Notes: generated by a model not told the origin, from the letters alone. Counted from the stretch's first letter, positions 35,407 to 49,502 are shown. The stretch: 64,000 nt of DNA from Lama guanicoe (GCA_013239625.1 MU054323.1:16310029-16374028), one strand, 5' to 3'. Program-made: numbers and translations.

Positions 35407-36147
35407 ACCATGATGATTATCTCCTCCAATAAATTGTATAATTAAACCTAAAATAAGAAAAAAGAAGCTACAGTCTTGGCAGTTGGTATATGTATCAAAG
35501 TAAGTAATTGCATTTTGAGCAGAGAAAAGTAGCTCCTATGATAAGATAGCCCTAAGCTTCTGCAGGCATTTTGCTATTTACCAGCTAGTTGGGAGGCCAG
35601 GGTTAGACACTACTAGCATGTTTTACTGATTTAAACAATGTGTGCACACCCATTTATTGGACCACAGGCAAAAGTCCTGAGGTTAGGTCAAAATCAGAAT
35701 GCTGCATTATTATGGAACAGAGATCTGGAGAAACATAAATAAATTCAGAGTCTCCAGGATCACTCTACTATAAACAAATAATCAAGCTTCCTGCTGCCAT
35801 TCCTGGAAAAATAATAAGTGGCGTCAAATAGGAAAATAGTTCCAGGAAGAATAAGCATTTAGAAAATACAATTTGCAGACAGAACAACAAGCATACATTT
35901 GAGGGACCATAAAACCCTCTGTATAATAAGTGCAGTTTTTAAAAAAGGCAAAATTAAATTATGCTAAAAGAATTAAGATAGTCTCTTGCTGCTGCAATGA
36001 TAGAAGCCATACTTATGAAGACACTGTTTATCTTTGTATAATATTAATTTATGTATTCCTGGACAAAAGCAAAAAAAAAAAAAAAGGACAGTTTTTTTTT
36101 AAATCACAGTCACCAACAGCTATAGGTGATTTTTATATTCAAGCGTT

Positions 36148-37030
36148 TTTTATTCAATGCAATTTTCTCAGAACCTCTCTTTTCCAGGTGCTAGCAAAGG
36201 ATGGCAAGGACTGGAACATGAGAAAAACATGGTATATTTGGGCAATGGAAAGGAGGTTTTGGGTCACAAAAAGCATAAAGGGCTGCAGATAAGCAAGAAC
36301 CAGATGATATTGTCCTTTTAGATTGCATTAGAGAAATTAGACATTATACAATGCACACTGAGGAGATATTGACATGCTTTGACTGAGACATGAACACACT
36401 CAGATTTGCATTTTAGAAAGAACACAGCTGCCTTGTGGAAATGGATTGGAGGGGCCCAGACCTGGTGTGTCAATATCAAGAAGGAGATAGTGCAGGAGCT
36501 CATGGAGGGAATGGAGGCAATAGTTGGAAGGATTCAAGAGAAATTTAGGCAGTGAAATTATCAGGAGCTGATTAGGCAAATGTGTGTAGGAGAAGAAGAG
36601 AGGAGCCCAGATTCTAATTTGATCCAAGGTGGCTGGTAATACCAGTCCCCATTATAAATTACACAAGAAAAACAAGATTGGGGATGGTGTAAATGATGAG
36701 GTCAGTGCTAGGTCTCAGTGATGAGTTCCAAGTGCCTAAGAGACATTCGAGGCGAGATCTCCAAAAGGCTGATGGATACGTGAATCACAGAGCAGAGATG
36801 CAGGCTGACGATACGGTTTTTGAAATCATCAACCTGACCCCACAGTGAGGCTGAAGCCAAGAGTTAATGGAGGAGAGAACTTTGAGGAACAGGCTTAAGG
36901 CTGTGGACTCCACAAAGAAGACTGATAATCAGGAGACAAGTTGGGACTAGAGATGTCATAGAAGCAGAGGAAAGAGAGATTCAGGAAGCAGGGAATCAGG
37001 TAGGCTGTTGACAAAGAAGTAGCCAATGAA
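36148..37030 (-). mobile_element. L2 LINE
   Basis: CAGATTTGCATTTTAGAAAGAACAC...ATGGATTGGAGGGG and following antisense L2 blocks. Confidence 0.8.
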
Positions 37031-37294
37031 TTGAGTAATCAGGCTCTTTTCTGTGAGCTGTTGCTCGAGAAGAGGGTCATGTTATTTCTCATAACAAGGC
37101 AATTCTTCTACCCCTTCGCCTTTCCTTCCTTCTCTCCCACCTTGTCTTTCAGAAATCCTCCATCTTCTTTTCTTCTTCTTCTGTTTCTCTCCTCTTCCCA
37201 CCCTTCCTCTCCTCATTCTTCACAGACCTCTTATACTCTGTGACCAATGGGATATTAAAAAAGTCAGCTATGTTCTTCACAACGTATGGTTCTT

Positions 37295-37316
37295 TGTGTG
37301 TGTGTGTGTGTGTGTG
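37295..37316. repeat. (TG)11 microsatellite
   Basis: Seen directly. Confidence 0.97.
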
Positions 37317-37819
37317 AAAGTATTTGCTGTAATGTATCCAGGACAGACTTTCCCATCCAAGATGAACTGTCCCTACCTTCTTTAGGTGGCTGTTGTCTTA
37401 GAATAGGCCCTTGAAGGGGCAGAGGGAACTCTTGAATCATAGAAGAATTGGTAGAGAAGTCAGTTGCAAAGTTCTAAACGTCAGGGGTGCTGGTGGTGAG
37501 AGATTCAAACATCAGCTTTTTAGGGAGAAAAAAATATTTGAGTGTTGATCAGAGTGAGAGGGGAAACAGTGCAGATTAAGAGCCAGGCAACTGAATATAT
37601 GCAAAAGGAAGATAACTGTTTAAGAAGTCTAGATTTTGAGAGCCAGGAATGAAGTTAATTTTTAACATTGCTAAAGTAGACTGGCAGTCATTGTTGGATA
37701 GATACCAAGGACCTATGAATTTTCCATCTCTGAAGTCACTTCCCTAAAGCTTCCCTCTTCTCTCACCTATTTTCTCATTGATCTTTCCTATTTGGACTAT
37801 GCTCTACCTCATTTTCTAT

Positions 37820-38080
37820 TTATTATTCACTCATTTATTCAACAAAAATTAGTTGAATATTTATTATGCATTAAGTAGTAGTTATGTATATGGAAAGATG
37901 ATGTCCCTGACCTCAAGCTATTTAAAGTAGAGATTGAAAGATTCATAGAGAGGCCTTTCCATTCATTGTGATGAGTGTTATAGGGTTGTTAGGTATAGTT
38001 CTGCTGAGGTCGTGAAGGAGAGAACACCTAAGTCACTAGGGAAGACTTCAGAGAGGAACAAAGTTCTGTGAATCTTTCAC
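37820..38080 (-). mobile_element. L2 3' end
   Basis: ATTCACTCATTTATTCAACAAA...GTCCCTGACCTCAAG. Confidence 0.7.
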
Positions 38081-39670
38081 AGAAGAGAAGAAGAGATTAA
38101 GTACCTCTTATTTTGAGTAGCCTCTGAAATGTACTTACCCAGAGGAATAATCTTTCCTCACTGCTGCACTCTTACTCTTAAGAGATAAATGTCCTTCATT
38201 TCAATGTACCTTCAAGGATAATCTCTCTTGGAATTTTCATGTTAGTTTTCTGACCTCTCATTCAGAACCTCTCAGTTTGATATTTTGTTCCAGTTCTCCA
38301 TTAGCAGGTTAAGTTCTGAACTAGACACTCTCCTCTCTCTACCTGCTTCTTAGACTATTTCATCCCACGAACTCATCAAGTTACAGTCATTGAGTGAACA
38401 TTTCATCCCTTTTAATCTCTTATTTATAGCAAAATAGAGAATCCTAATCTCTTTGGCCCTGGCCAAATCTCATGACATTGATGATAAAGCACTTGGGAAT
38501 AATAAATAAAATAGATTGTCACTTTATGAACCAGAGTAACATCCCGCTAGGAATGTCTTCCGGCAGTTACAGAAAATGAGAATCTGGCTCTTAAAACTCT
38601 AAAAGTAAACATCCAAGTCTGCTGATAGTAGGGAATTTAAATTAGTGGAAATAATATTCAGGGAAACAAACAAGGGCAGTTACAAAGCCAACTGGTGTTT
38701 TTGAGGGGTGAACTACGGGCATTATTGTAGATGGGCTCAGATAAAACCCCACTGTATGGGGAGTATATGCCACTCCAAGCTATCCTTTTGTTTTTCTGTA
38801 AGGATATTTTGTTATAAATTCTGTCTAATGAGGAAATCAGAAAAAAAAATTAAGTACTCACCTCAGAATAAATTAAGAATTATATAAATGCACTAAACAT
38901 AAAGGATATATTAGTGCATTTTTAATGGATTATTTGCAGTCAGTTTACAGCTTTGATTATATTGTGAAAACTGATTCATGGTATTAATAAAGAGGGTGCC
39001 TATGCTTTTTTCCTCCACAATAGTAAAAATGAATGATTGTAATAGTAAGTGCTATAAAATTACTGTGAGCTTTTTGGATCATCAAAGAGAGACTATAAAT
39101 ATGTAGAGGATGTTATAGTGGATGCCTTCCTTCCTCAATTTCAACTGAGGCAATAATATGATAGACATTAGACACCAAAAAGACCATGAAAGAGATTGTC
39201 ATATGGAATCTCTTTACAAAAGCAATGCCCAAGAAGCAGTTCCCCAATTCCTAAAACTCTTGAGCACCCTAAATCACCTTGAGAATACGAAAGGGTAGAA
39301 AGAGAGGAGATAGGGTAGGGAAGTTTTTATCAGAAGATTTTCCTGGGAAAGAGTTGTTGCTTTTTGAGAGTTCCCACCTGTCTTCTTCACAGGAAAAGGG
39401 GAGGGTGGAGGGGCTATCTTCTAATCCCAGGTCTCAGGAGAGGGGAGTTTCAAAGGATCACTTGAAAAGGTTGCTGGATGTTCCTTGAATGGAACTGCAG
39501 TTGAAGGGGTCATGGACTAATCCCTGGCTCAGACCTAGGAAAGCTAAGGAGACCAGTGGAAGCTGGATAGAGGTGGTCACTCAATGCCAGCATTTGTCAG
39601 GGTGAGGGATGCATGAGTGTTTCCGTAAGTGGGTCAGGCGGAGAGAGAGGAACTTAAACTGTCTTAGGTC

Positions 39671-40229
39671 TGCGATAGCTTTCAAAAAACAGCTCCCGGT
39701 GATCCCTGCCTTCTGGTATCAGTGCTGTCCTGTAATTGCCTCCCTCTAAATGTAGGCTGGACTTGGTGACTTCTTTCTAATAAATAGGTCATGACAGAAG
39801 TGATGGGATGTCTCTTCCATGATTGGGTTGCAGAAGACTGTGACTTCTGTCTTGTGGGACTCTCTATTGGCTTCTCAGTCTTCAGGCTTTGATGAAGCAA
39901 ACTGCCATGTTGGAGAAGCCCATGTGGCAAAGAACTGAGGGCAACCTCCAATCAAAACCGATGGGGAGCCAAGGCCCTTGTCCATCCAATACCTCATGAA
40001 GAACTGAGTCTCAGTTATAATTATGTGAAGTGAGTGAGGAAGCAGCTCCTTCCCAGCAGAGTCTTGAGATGACTGAAGCTCGAGCCTTGTGAGGGCCCCT
40101 GAGGCAGAGGACTCGGCTAGGCCAGGTCTGGATTCCTGACCTACAGATACAGTGAGATAATAAATGTGTGTTGTTTTAAGCCATTTAGTTTTAGGGTCAT
40201 TGGTTACACAGCAAGAGAGAACGAATACA
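39671..40229 (+). mobile_element. Full-length MLT1 (MLT1E/F-type, MaLR) solo LTR
   Basis: TG...CA termini; GATCCCTGCCTTCTGGTAT, CCCATGTGGCAAAGAACTGAGG, GATAATAAATGTGTGTTGTTTTAAGCC. Confidence 0.92.
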
Positions 40230-41019
40230 AATTCCTGCCCAAAAAGATAGGAGGAGGCTCCAACAGCCAGCATCTGTGTAGAGACAAGTAGGAACGGAAT
40301 GGAGAGCAGCGGCCAGAGGAACAGAAGCATCACTCTTGTCAAGAAAGCCCAGCAGGGGAGCCTCTAATGAGCCCTTAAAAACATCCGTGAGAGAAATGAT
40401 GGATTGTGACACATTCTGGGCCCAGAGAGAGCAAAGCCATCAGCAAGGAAGGCACGTTCTTTGGACCTCTTTTCCTTCCTCCATCCCTCATACCGGCCCC
40501 AGAAGGCTGAGACCTGGTTACCAAGCAAGGAGAAGAAACACAGGAAGTGAGGGAGCAGGAACCACACCCTCAGGCCTCTGCAAGTGGTCTGCTTAAAACA
40601 GGTTCCAGATGGGCAAGGGAAGATTCTGCTCTAACTTGAGTTCAGACATTGATTTATATTTTGAGCTGGACAGTTTCAATTTGTGAATTGAGCTCGTGTT
40701 TTGTGACTTAATGTGGCCAGAAAAGTCAGGGACCAGGGAAAGTAACCCACACCTAGTACATTTTAAACATAAAGCTGTGTTTTGATACATCGCTGTGTTT
40801 GTATGACAGGCTGGTTACAAATATGTTTTAAGTCTTTGAAAATTGATAGATTAGTTATAATGTCTACAGCAATACTCCTATGTTATTTCATTTCCCAATA
40901 ATTTTAGGTAATAATTTACTGTATTATTATTGTTTGTTTATGAACCAGGAACATATGAGATTTCTTGAAGTTCAGGATATAATCTCTTGATACTTTTGAT
41001 CATAATGTTTAAAAATTAA

Positions 41020-41375
41020 AATATGAATGAATAGACAGAGCACAGAGGATTTTTAAGGCAGTGAAAGTACTCAGTATGTTGCAGTAACGATAGATACAAG
41101 TCATTATACATTTGCTGAAACCCGCAGAATATTCCACACCAAGAGTGAACCGTAAACTATGGACTTTAGGTGCTAATGGTATGTAGGTGTAGGTCCATCA
41201 ATTATAGCAAATATGCCATTTGGGTACAAGGATTTGATGGTGGGGGAGGCTGTGGCTGTGGCTTTGGCTGAGGGCAAAACAGAGGGTATATGGGAAATCT
41301 TTGAACCTTCCTCTCAGTTTTGTTGTGAGTCTAAAACTGCTCTATAAAGTAAAGCCTATTTTAAAAAATTAAATT
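41020..41375 (+). mobile_element. L1MC1/2-type 3' end
   Basis: CAGAGCACAGAGGATTTTTAAGGCAGTGAAA...AAACTATGGACTT...CTAAAACTGCTCTA. Confidence 0.88.
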
Positions 41376-41667
41376 AAAATCTCTCCCTGGCTAAATGTGT
41401 GATGAGTTACTAAACATGTCATAAACTTATAATATCCCCAGATAACAGAGAGAACTACTTTCTTATGTATATATTTTAATTTGTAAATTGCCTTTTATTA
41501 TTGAGCTCTTTGGATTCAACAATGAAAGTAAAAATTGAAGCCTCTTGAGAGAGAGAGTGAGTGTGTGCTCAGGAGAAGGTAAACAGAACATAACTAGTCT
41601 GGCCAAAAAGAGAAAAAAAAGAAAACATTTGTACACAGTTACAGACAGCATCTTTTAATTTGGTAAG

Positions 41668-42118
41668 GTGGTAAGCCAGCCAAATCCATTTTCTCCTGTC
41701 TCTGCTCTATTCTCGATGGACTCTGTCACCCAGCATCTCTTGCCCTCTGGTTTGCAGTTGGGTTTGTCCAGTGTGGGGAGGTGTCAGGAGATCAGAGATT
41801 GGAGGAAGAGACCAGTCCGGATATTTCTTCTTGCCACCCCCCACTTTGCCTTGGCACGATTCTGACAGTGGCCATGTTCTTCCATGTTCACGGCTCCCAT
41901 TGGGCTTCTTCCTCCTGTGGCTGCAGCTCTCAACAAGCTCTGGTAACGTTAGTTCCTCCCCTGCCTCTTCCTGCTGCTGTCATCATTGGATTCCCAACAT
42001 GCATGGTGGATTCCTTAATCCTGCCTACACCACTGTGAAGAATCCCACCACTAAAAATCTCTTTCAGGTTCCCAGTGGAATGTGCTGTTTGTTTCCTGCC
42101 AGGATCCTGACTGACACA
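41668..42118 (+). mobile_element. LTR33-type (ERVL) solo LTR
   Basis: CTTGCCCTCTGG...CAGGAGATCAGAG; terminus TGTTTCCTGCCAGGATCCTGACTGACACA. Confidence 0.75.
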
Positions 42119-43095
42119 GGTAGAAACCAATTACATGCCTGAAAGACACAGAAACCCCAATGAAATTGTCTAAACTTCATCTGGTTCATAGGTAGATTTT
42201 TTGCTTTCTGCATCTGTTCACATTGTAGAATTATATGACTAGTTCTGCTTAATTAATTCTGATTTAATTTTAATTAAATTTGCTTTTGGGGGAGCTTAAT
42301 TTTGCTTTTTGTATCATTTAGCAACAAGTGCCTGTTGTGAACTTCTTTCAGCACATTGTGATTAGAGGAGCTTGTTTGCCAGTTTGGTCACTAGAGTGGA
42401 CTCTGAGCCCTCCTCTTCTTGCTGGCCTCCCGCTGAGCTAACACTTTGCTACACACATTATACCAAAGCCTTGAATCTGGCCTCTGACCTCCCTAGAATC
42501 TTTAGCAGTGGCTCCCTTTGTTCCACATATACTGAACCCTGTCGTGTCAGGGGAATTTTATGCTTTGAAGTCTGGATTCAGCAACTCTAAACTGGGTACA
42601 GAAAATTAATAATAAGGAAATAAAGTTAAAACCACAGAATCACCTGTTAACTCAAATTTGCTTAAATGAAATTTCCTCGAAACACCAGTGTTAATTCAGT
42701 CCTCACATGAATGGTGGGGTGAGAAATGAATCCTCTGTGTCGTGGAGGTTGACAGGTTCAGACCTTATGGAAAAAGGAATTATAGCCAATCCCAAAACCT
42801 GGGAACTTTCCAAAATGAAAGCTGTGTCTTCTGGCACAAGACCAAATTACCCAACCTGGGTTTTGTGAGCAGGATTTTGTCTTATTCATTTCTATGGAAT
42901 TTTGCTTAACATGAGGGGCATATGGAAAAATCTGCATTTGGTTAAAGTGTCAGATGAACTAAGGTTTACACTGATGGATCAAAATGTATACTTACTCTAA
43001 CTTCGTAATGATGCCACTGGTTAATAGCAAAATCAGCATAGCTAAAATAGTAAAACATGTTTGAAAACAGGAGACCTTACTTTCCAAAACAAACT

Positions 43096-43390
43096 TTGGT
43101 AGTCACTAGGCTTAGTTATCAGCATTCCCTCTTATTGTGCTTCCTGCCTCCTTGAGATTAGGCCTGGCCACATGGCTTGCTTCGTTAAGTGAAATGTGAA
43201 GGAAAGTGGCATGTGTCACTCTTGGCTAGAAGCTTTATGTATACGTGCCACATTTTCTTTTCTTCTGCTATGGCATCTAGCAAGGTCCCTCACAGTGTCT
43301 ACTCCATCACCTAAGTGAGGGCCAGAGCCAGCAGAGCCCCCAGCAACCCAAGGCAATCATGCAGCATTATAATTGGGGCTGTATTTCTAG
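43096..43390 (+). mobile_element. MLT1 (MLT1J-type) LTR fragment
   Basis: GGCCACATGGCTTGCTT...TGAAATGTGA...TGTGTCACT...AGAAGCTTTA. Confidence 0.7.
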
Positions 43391-44032
43391 TCAGGGACTA
43401 AGCAGCAAATAAATACTTCATAAAATTTCATTATAACTTAAAACAGCCAAGTCTTATGCAGTGTGCACTGATTCTGTAAGCAACTTCAACTCTTCTGTCA
43501 TTAATTTTACCCATCAGAAATGATTTAATGTCAAGCTTGATTTTGTTGTTGTTTTGCTTGCTTTGTTAAGCTTTGAATTGCTCTGGTGGAGATAGAGGAT
43601 GGAGGTAGGGGGAAATGGAAATGACTTGGATGCTCCACATCTCTTTAAAAAGTCGATACCCTCTTTATTTAATGATAACTATTCCTGTGGGATTCTAAAG
43701 TCATTCAACCTCAGAGCTACACTCAAAATTACACTTGTTTATTTAAAAAAAGTCACAGCATCCAAATAGTTGAAGACCTTTCTAAGCTCTTTGGTTCTTT
43801 GGGTCTAGGGCAGAGATTCTTGACTTGAATTTGTCTGGCCCACTTGCTTATTGGGTTTGCTTTTCTCTTTCTTCCTCCAGTGAAAAAACACTGGGTTATA
43901 TTTAAGGTGAAGAAAGGCGAACTAAGAATGTCTGAAGGCTATGTGGAAGCAGGGAGACTGGCTGTCGTCCCTCTTAGCTTTTAGGATGGTTATGTATGCT
44001 TGTTTATTGATAAACATTTCTGGTTATTTTTT

Positions 44033-44416
44033 AAGACAATTTTTTTAGAGAAGTTTTAGGTTCACAGCAAAATTGAGAGGAAGAGACAGATTTCCCACAT
44101 ACCCACTGTTTCCCGACATGCACAGCCTCCTCCAGTATCAACACCCACCACCAGAGTGGTATAGATTGTTACAATTGATGAACCTACATTGACACATCAT
44201 TATCACCAAAAGTCCATAGTTTACATTAGATTTCACTCTTCATGTTGTACATTCTTTGGGTTTGGACAAATGTATAATGACATGTGTCCATCGTTACAGT
44301 ATCATATAGATAGTTTAACTGCCCTAAATATCCTCTGTGCTCTGCCTATTCATTCCCCTGCCTTTATCCCCTGGCAACCACTGATCTTTGTACTGTCTCT
44401 GTAGTTTTGTCTTTTC
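44033..44416 (-). mobile_element. L1MC1/2-type 3' end with 13-bp TSD
   Basis: CTGGTTATTTTTT at 44020-44032 and 44417-44429; body AGTTTTAGGTTCACAGCAAAATTGAG...AAAGTCCATAGTTTACATTAG. Confidence 0.92.
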
Positions 44417-45759
44417 CTGGTTATTTTTTTAAACACTAGATAATAAAGACTTTGCTCTCATAACCTCCCTGAGTCAGTCCCTAGTTCCAGCATCAGTGAC
44501 CTATCAGAAAGTGACTAGTAACCTCAGAGTAGCCCAAAGAGAATCCTGAATGTTTTTTAGCTGGATTTAACTTTCAGCTGGTTGCCTATTTAAAAATCTC
44601 TGTGAGGTTAAAAGTTAACTGGTGGATCTTTTCCAAAGGAGATCCAAAAACAATTCCTATCTAATGGAAGAGATAGCCCCAAAGTTTTATCATCCTTTAA
44701 GACACCAGCCAGTTTTTTATACATGTACCAAGCTTCTCAAATGTTTCTTGGGTCAGTTCTAATGTCTTACTCTTTACCTTATGAATTGAAGAGTTAAACA
44801 AAATATTTGGTAAGTGTTATTTTTCCCTTTTCCTGAGAGTCTTGATTCTACCTTTTTGAAAATTATATTATAACAGGTCCTATTTCTGTTATAAATGTCA
44901 GGAAGCAAAGCATTGATGGTGCTCTGTGAACGGAAAGGTAGCATGAGCACACTCAGCTCTTGTATCTTATTCTCATGACACGACCTTGGATTGTTGGGTT
45001 ATGAAAGCAGACATCTCTCTTTAAAGCTGGAAACTTTAATCAAAAAAATAATGGCTTTGGAAAGACACCAACAAATAGGTACTGATTTTATAATCACAGC
45101 AGCAGTTATTGTCAGCATCCTGCTCAGCCTCAGCTCCTGTGGTCATATTAGGTAGTAGTAACTCTGAGTGACTGAGCCCAGGGACACATATGCTTGTTAT
45201 ATATGCTGTATATGTTCTGTATATTTATGTCTGCTATATCACCACTAGATCAGATTTCCTTGGTCTGCTCAGTAAGACGAATGACTTTATTGCCCTGAGA
45301 AGATAGGTCAAAGGGAAATCAATTTGTGGAGTAGACAGTGGGAGTATCATATAAATAGTAAAGGTAGAACTAAAAGTTCTACAAAACCTGGGCTGCTAAT
45401 GACCTGCAGTCTGGAGTCAGAAGTCAGTAGAGGCTGGAAACCAAGAGGCTCTGAGCCTCTTAAGTGTGGGAGACATAAATAAATATTTTTATGTATCTGC
45501 CTAGCACAGCTTTTGGTGCTTCATAGAAGCTTAACCAATCTTGTTTAAATGAATGATGGACCAGAGGACTATGTGAAAGAGAAAGCTTGAAATGAAAAGT
45601 AACAAATTTTAGATGGGAAAATGGTAGAAAAACTGGCTGAGGCAGGCTTCTGGAGGCTGAGCAGAGGAACAGAGAAGTGCTGGAAGGGAAGCTGCTTGGG
45701 AAGACTTGTCTCCTGGCCCAGGGTGAACCCTGTGTCTCACTGTGCTCTGGACACAGGAC

Positions 45760-45920
45760 TGAGCTGAGAATGCAGAGGTCTGTGCTTGCCACTGACAGCC
45801 CCGGTGACGTTGAGTAAGTCTCTGCACTTCTCCCCAGCTGAAAACTAGAAATAACTCTCTGCACTGCCTGCATCACAGGGAGGGTGAGGCTAAAAGGAAA
45901 TCTGTGTGAAAGGGCTCAGT
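45760..45920 (+). mobile_element. MIR SINE
   Basis: TGCCACTGACAGC...GTGACGTTGAGTAAGTC...TGTGTGAAAGGGCT. Confidence 0.65.
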
Positions 45921-46299
45921 AGGTTTCACGCACCACTCACATATGAGCAATTATCTGATCTGGTGGTGCAGCAGAGGCAGGGAATCCCTGCCTCACCTGT
46001 CTTATTACTGGACCATGACAGAAATTTAAAGCCCAAGTCCTGGAGTGTCTGAGGACTGGAAGCAGTTTTCAAAGGATCAAAAAACATTCTCATAACAGGA
46101 AAACGACGTTCCTTGAGAACAATGTCAGGGTCCCAGGACGGCACCAGCACCCCAAGAAGCCTGATGATTGTTGGATTAAGAAAGGTGTTCATGAAGGAAG
46201 TATCGGCTGGACTGTCCCTTCACTTAGCACTGTATCCAACCTTGGGTCTGTTTATTTGGACTGAATTTGCTGATATTCTGTGACAACCAGTTCTGGATG

Positions 46300-46620
46300 T
46301 TTTATAAACAATTTGCTTGACAGTTTGATGGACGAGGGTAACATTTGGGTATCATCTGTATTACAATGAAAGACAGATGATGATTTTTGACAGACACAAT
46401 CATTGGCAATGAGGAAACAGAGAAGCCAGGGCCCTGAGCCTCATACTGTCTTAAGGTGTGGGGTCAGATCAAAACTCATTAGATATGAGGTCCAAAACTT
46501 GAGTGACGGTCCTGATCTGGACTAGACATTGGATGGAGCTTCTGGGCACACGCTATGTTTCAGAAGTGCCTATGTTGGCAGTGACAAATCTCAGCAAAAG
46601 AGAAAGAAAAGAAGGCAAGT
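46300..46620 (-). mobile_element. L2 reverse-transcriptase relic
   Basis: Minus strand around 46345-46362 reads N-T-D-D-T-Q, a decayed YADDTQ motif. Confidence 0.5.
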
Positions 46621-47044
46621 TTGGTTGTGGTGACTGTAAAATCAGCAGGCCATTCTGGGACCTGGAATTCACTTTGACTTGCACTTTTTCTTTTTTAATT
46701 TTTATGTCCTGTTTTATTTCTTAATCAGTTTTTTATCCTTTTTCAGTTTTATTAGGTAGAATTATTACAGTTTGACTCTACATACACATTATATTGCATG
46801 TAAATACATATATACAGTATACTGCACATTTTTTTTAGTTTACATATGTGTACTAATTATTGTTTCTAAGAACAGATTGGATCTTTAGCTTTTTAAACTT
46901 ACATAGTTATCAAAGGAATAAAGCCAACTACAAAATAAGAATCAACAGAATGTGGTAATCCAATCATAAAGGACAATCAAATGTGCTTACATATATTCAA
47001 GAAATCAAAATAATAATTAGTTCATTTGTATCCTTATTATTATT

Positions 47045-47618
47045 TTTATTTTTTAGTTAATTTTTAAATTGGTATGTAATTCACATATCATAAACTTCAC
47101 CCATTAAAAATGTACAATTCAGTAATTTTTTAGTATATTCACCAATATCTGCAACTATCACTACTATCTAGTTCCAGAATATTTTCGCAACTGAAGATAA
47201 CAATCACTGCCTATTCCCTTTTCTAGCCCAGCTTCTGGTATCCACTAATCTACTCTTTGATTCTATGGCTTTGCCTATTCTAGACATTTCATATAAATGG
47301 AATCATATCATATATGTGGTCTTTTGTGTCCAAATTTCACTTAGTATAATATTTTTAAGGTTCATCCATGTTGTACCATTTATCAGTACTTCATTCTTTT
47401 TACAGTCAAATAATATTCTAAATGGATATACCACTCATTCATCAGTTGATGTAAATTTGGGTCATTTCTCCTTTTTGGCTCTTAACGGATAATCCTCTTA
47501 TGGCTATCCATGTACAAGTTTTTGTGTGGATGTATGTTTTCAACTCTCTTGGGTATATACCTAGGAGAGAAGGTGCTGTGTGTATGGTAACTCTTAAGTG
47601 TAACTTTTGGAGAAACCA
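47045..47618 (-). mobile_element. L1MB-type 3' end
   Basis: TAATTCACATATCATAAA...TGTACAATTCAGT...GACATTTCATATAAATGGAATCATA. Confidence 0.9.
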
Positions 47619-49094
47619 TATCTTAGTCTTCTAAAAGAACAAGGTGAGCATCAGTGCATCTCCTCATCTTTGTAAAACTCCCTGATTTCTTTGGGAAGAG
47701 GGCAGTGCTAGTAGAGAAATGTGTGGGCCAGGTGTTTGGAGGAATGATATGAGTGGGAGCTGCCCCTTCAGATGTCCAAGTCTCTGACAGCAGTAGAGGT
47801 TTTTCTTTAGGAGGGAAACAGAATGCTATGGCTGAGGACAGGCACTGCTGTTAGCCAGGACTGCCAGTGGGGAGGGAGCCAATGATTTGACAGGTGGAGG
47901 GACGACAGGCTTTCCAGGAAACAGAGCATTCAGTGCGGGCTGTGAATATATATGGGGGCCTTGCATTCACAGGATCCCCAGGGAGAGTGATGTGAAGCTA
48001 AGTTGGCTCTAGTTGTACAAGCATAATTCATTGGGGATGGAAGGTGCATCCATTTTGCCTCTCTTTCCTCCTCCAAGCATTGTATGGCACAAAAGTCAAA
48101 GAGACATGATCCCTTCTGGGGCAGTGATAGGATTTGTTTTGGTCATGTGGAAATCCTGAACAAAAGGTCCAGGAAGACATATGGACCTTGTTCCAATATT
48201 CTGTGAAGAGCAGTGAATCACCTGGACAAGTCATCCAGCCTTCTAGATTCTGGCCATAGGAAAACAGTGGGTCTTTCTGGACACCAGATGCCTCTGCAAT
48301 TTGATTTCTTTCTGGTGTATGACTCACATGGAATGATTTTAAAAATTGCTGTGAACTGAACAGTTTTTTCTGCAGCTGAATCTGGGTATGTGGAGATGAA
48401 GCTGAATCAGTGTGCTTTCCATACTTAATTCAATTTAGCACAGCAGGATCTAGATGAAACAAGAAATCAGAAAGCAAAGGAACCAGGGTGCAGCATGCAT
48501 GTGAGAAAGAAGAGTTCTGGTTCAGCTTAAAGTTAAACTAACACCAAGGATAGACAAGGTATTATGTTAATCAAATTTTTGTTTCTGAATCAGAAGCATA
48601 GACATTTGGGGTAACAGAAATAAGAGGCATCTGAGCTGCGTAGGGTTTTTTTTTCCCTAAGGGTCGTGTTTGAATTTCCTAGAAATCACTGTTCCTATCA
48701 TTTCCCTAAAGAACATGAGGAGTGAGGGTTTGGTCTTCTACTCACCACTGATCAATTTAATATTCTGTTAAGAGTGGTACAGCCATTTGGTAAAAAAGGA
48801 AAAAAAATATGAGTTCTTTGGATTTAATAACACATGGTAATCTAGAGCAGATACACTCAATACCAGTGTTCAAGGTCGGATACATATGGCATAGAAAATA
48901 TTTTTTTTAAGTCTGTCAAATCCAACACATTTGAAAATAAGTGAATTTGGCATAAGCCTTTGAGAAGGGCAGAGTCAAAGGGATAGACCCCCAAGCATGT
49001 TGAAGATTCCATACAGGGTAGCCACCAAATCACTAGAATATGAAATCCCCATTGAACGTCTGGAAAGGTCTTTGGAAACCAAGCATAACAGCTA

Positions 49095-49502
49095 GTATTT
49101 TATGAACTCTTACTATGTGTACCAGGCATTATTTTGAGTATTTCACATGTATTAATTCCTTTAATTCTCAGAACAATCCAATGGAAATGATGGCTGCAAG
49201 TTATTTTCAAGTACTTTAGAAAGGAAATAATAGGGAAAGAAAAAAAGAATGACAGAGCAAATGGGGAAAATACTACAAAGGGGTAGTAATCTGAATAAAG
49301 AGTGGTAGGATTTCTATGTACTATTCTAGCAACTTTTCTGTAGGTTTGAAATTATATCAAAGTAAACATTTACTAAAAACATCCTTAAGAAGAACACTGT
49401 ATTAGTCTTCTCATTTTAGAGATGAGAAAAGTAAGGTGCAGTGAGGTTAAGTAGCTTGCTTTGGGTCACCTGATACTAAGTGGTGGAGCCAGGATTCCAG
49501 AT
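49095..49502 (-). mobile_element. MIR split by a sense old L1 3' fragment (about 49190-49380)
   Basis: TTACTATGTGTACCAGGCA...TTAATTCTCAGAACAA, then CATTTTAGAGATGAGAAAA...GAGGTTAAGTAGCTTGC resumes after the insert. Confidence 0.8.

Noticed and set aside
37105..37225. Pyrimidine-rich tract as triplex or regulatory element
   Set aside because: Imperfect low-complexity sequence without a clear mirror repeat
39682..40342. 155-aa and 89-aa ORFs, one with a signal-peptide-like start
   Set aside because: Mostly antisense reading of an MLT1 LTR; the 155-aa ORF has a non-ATG start
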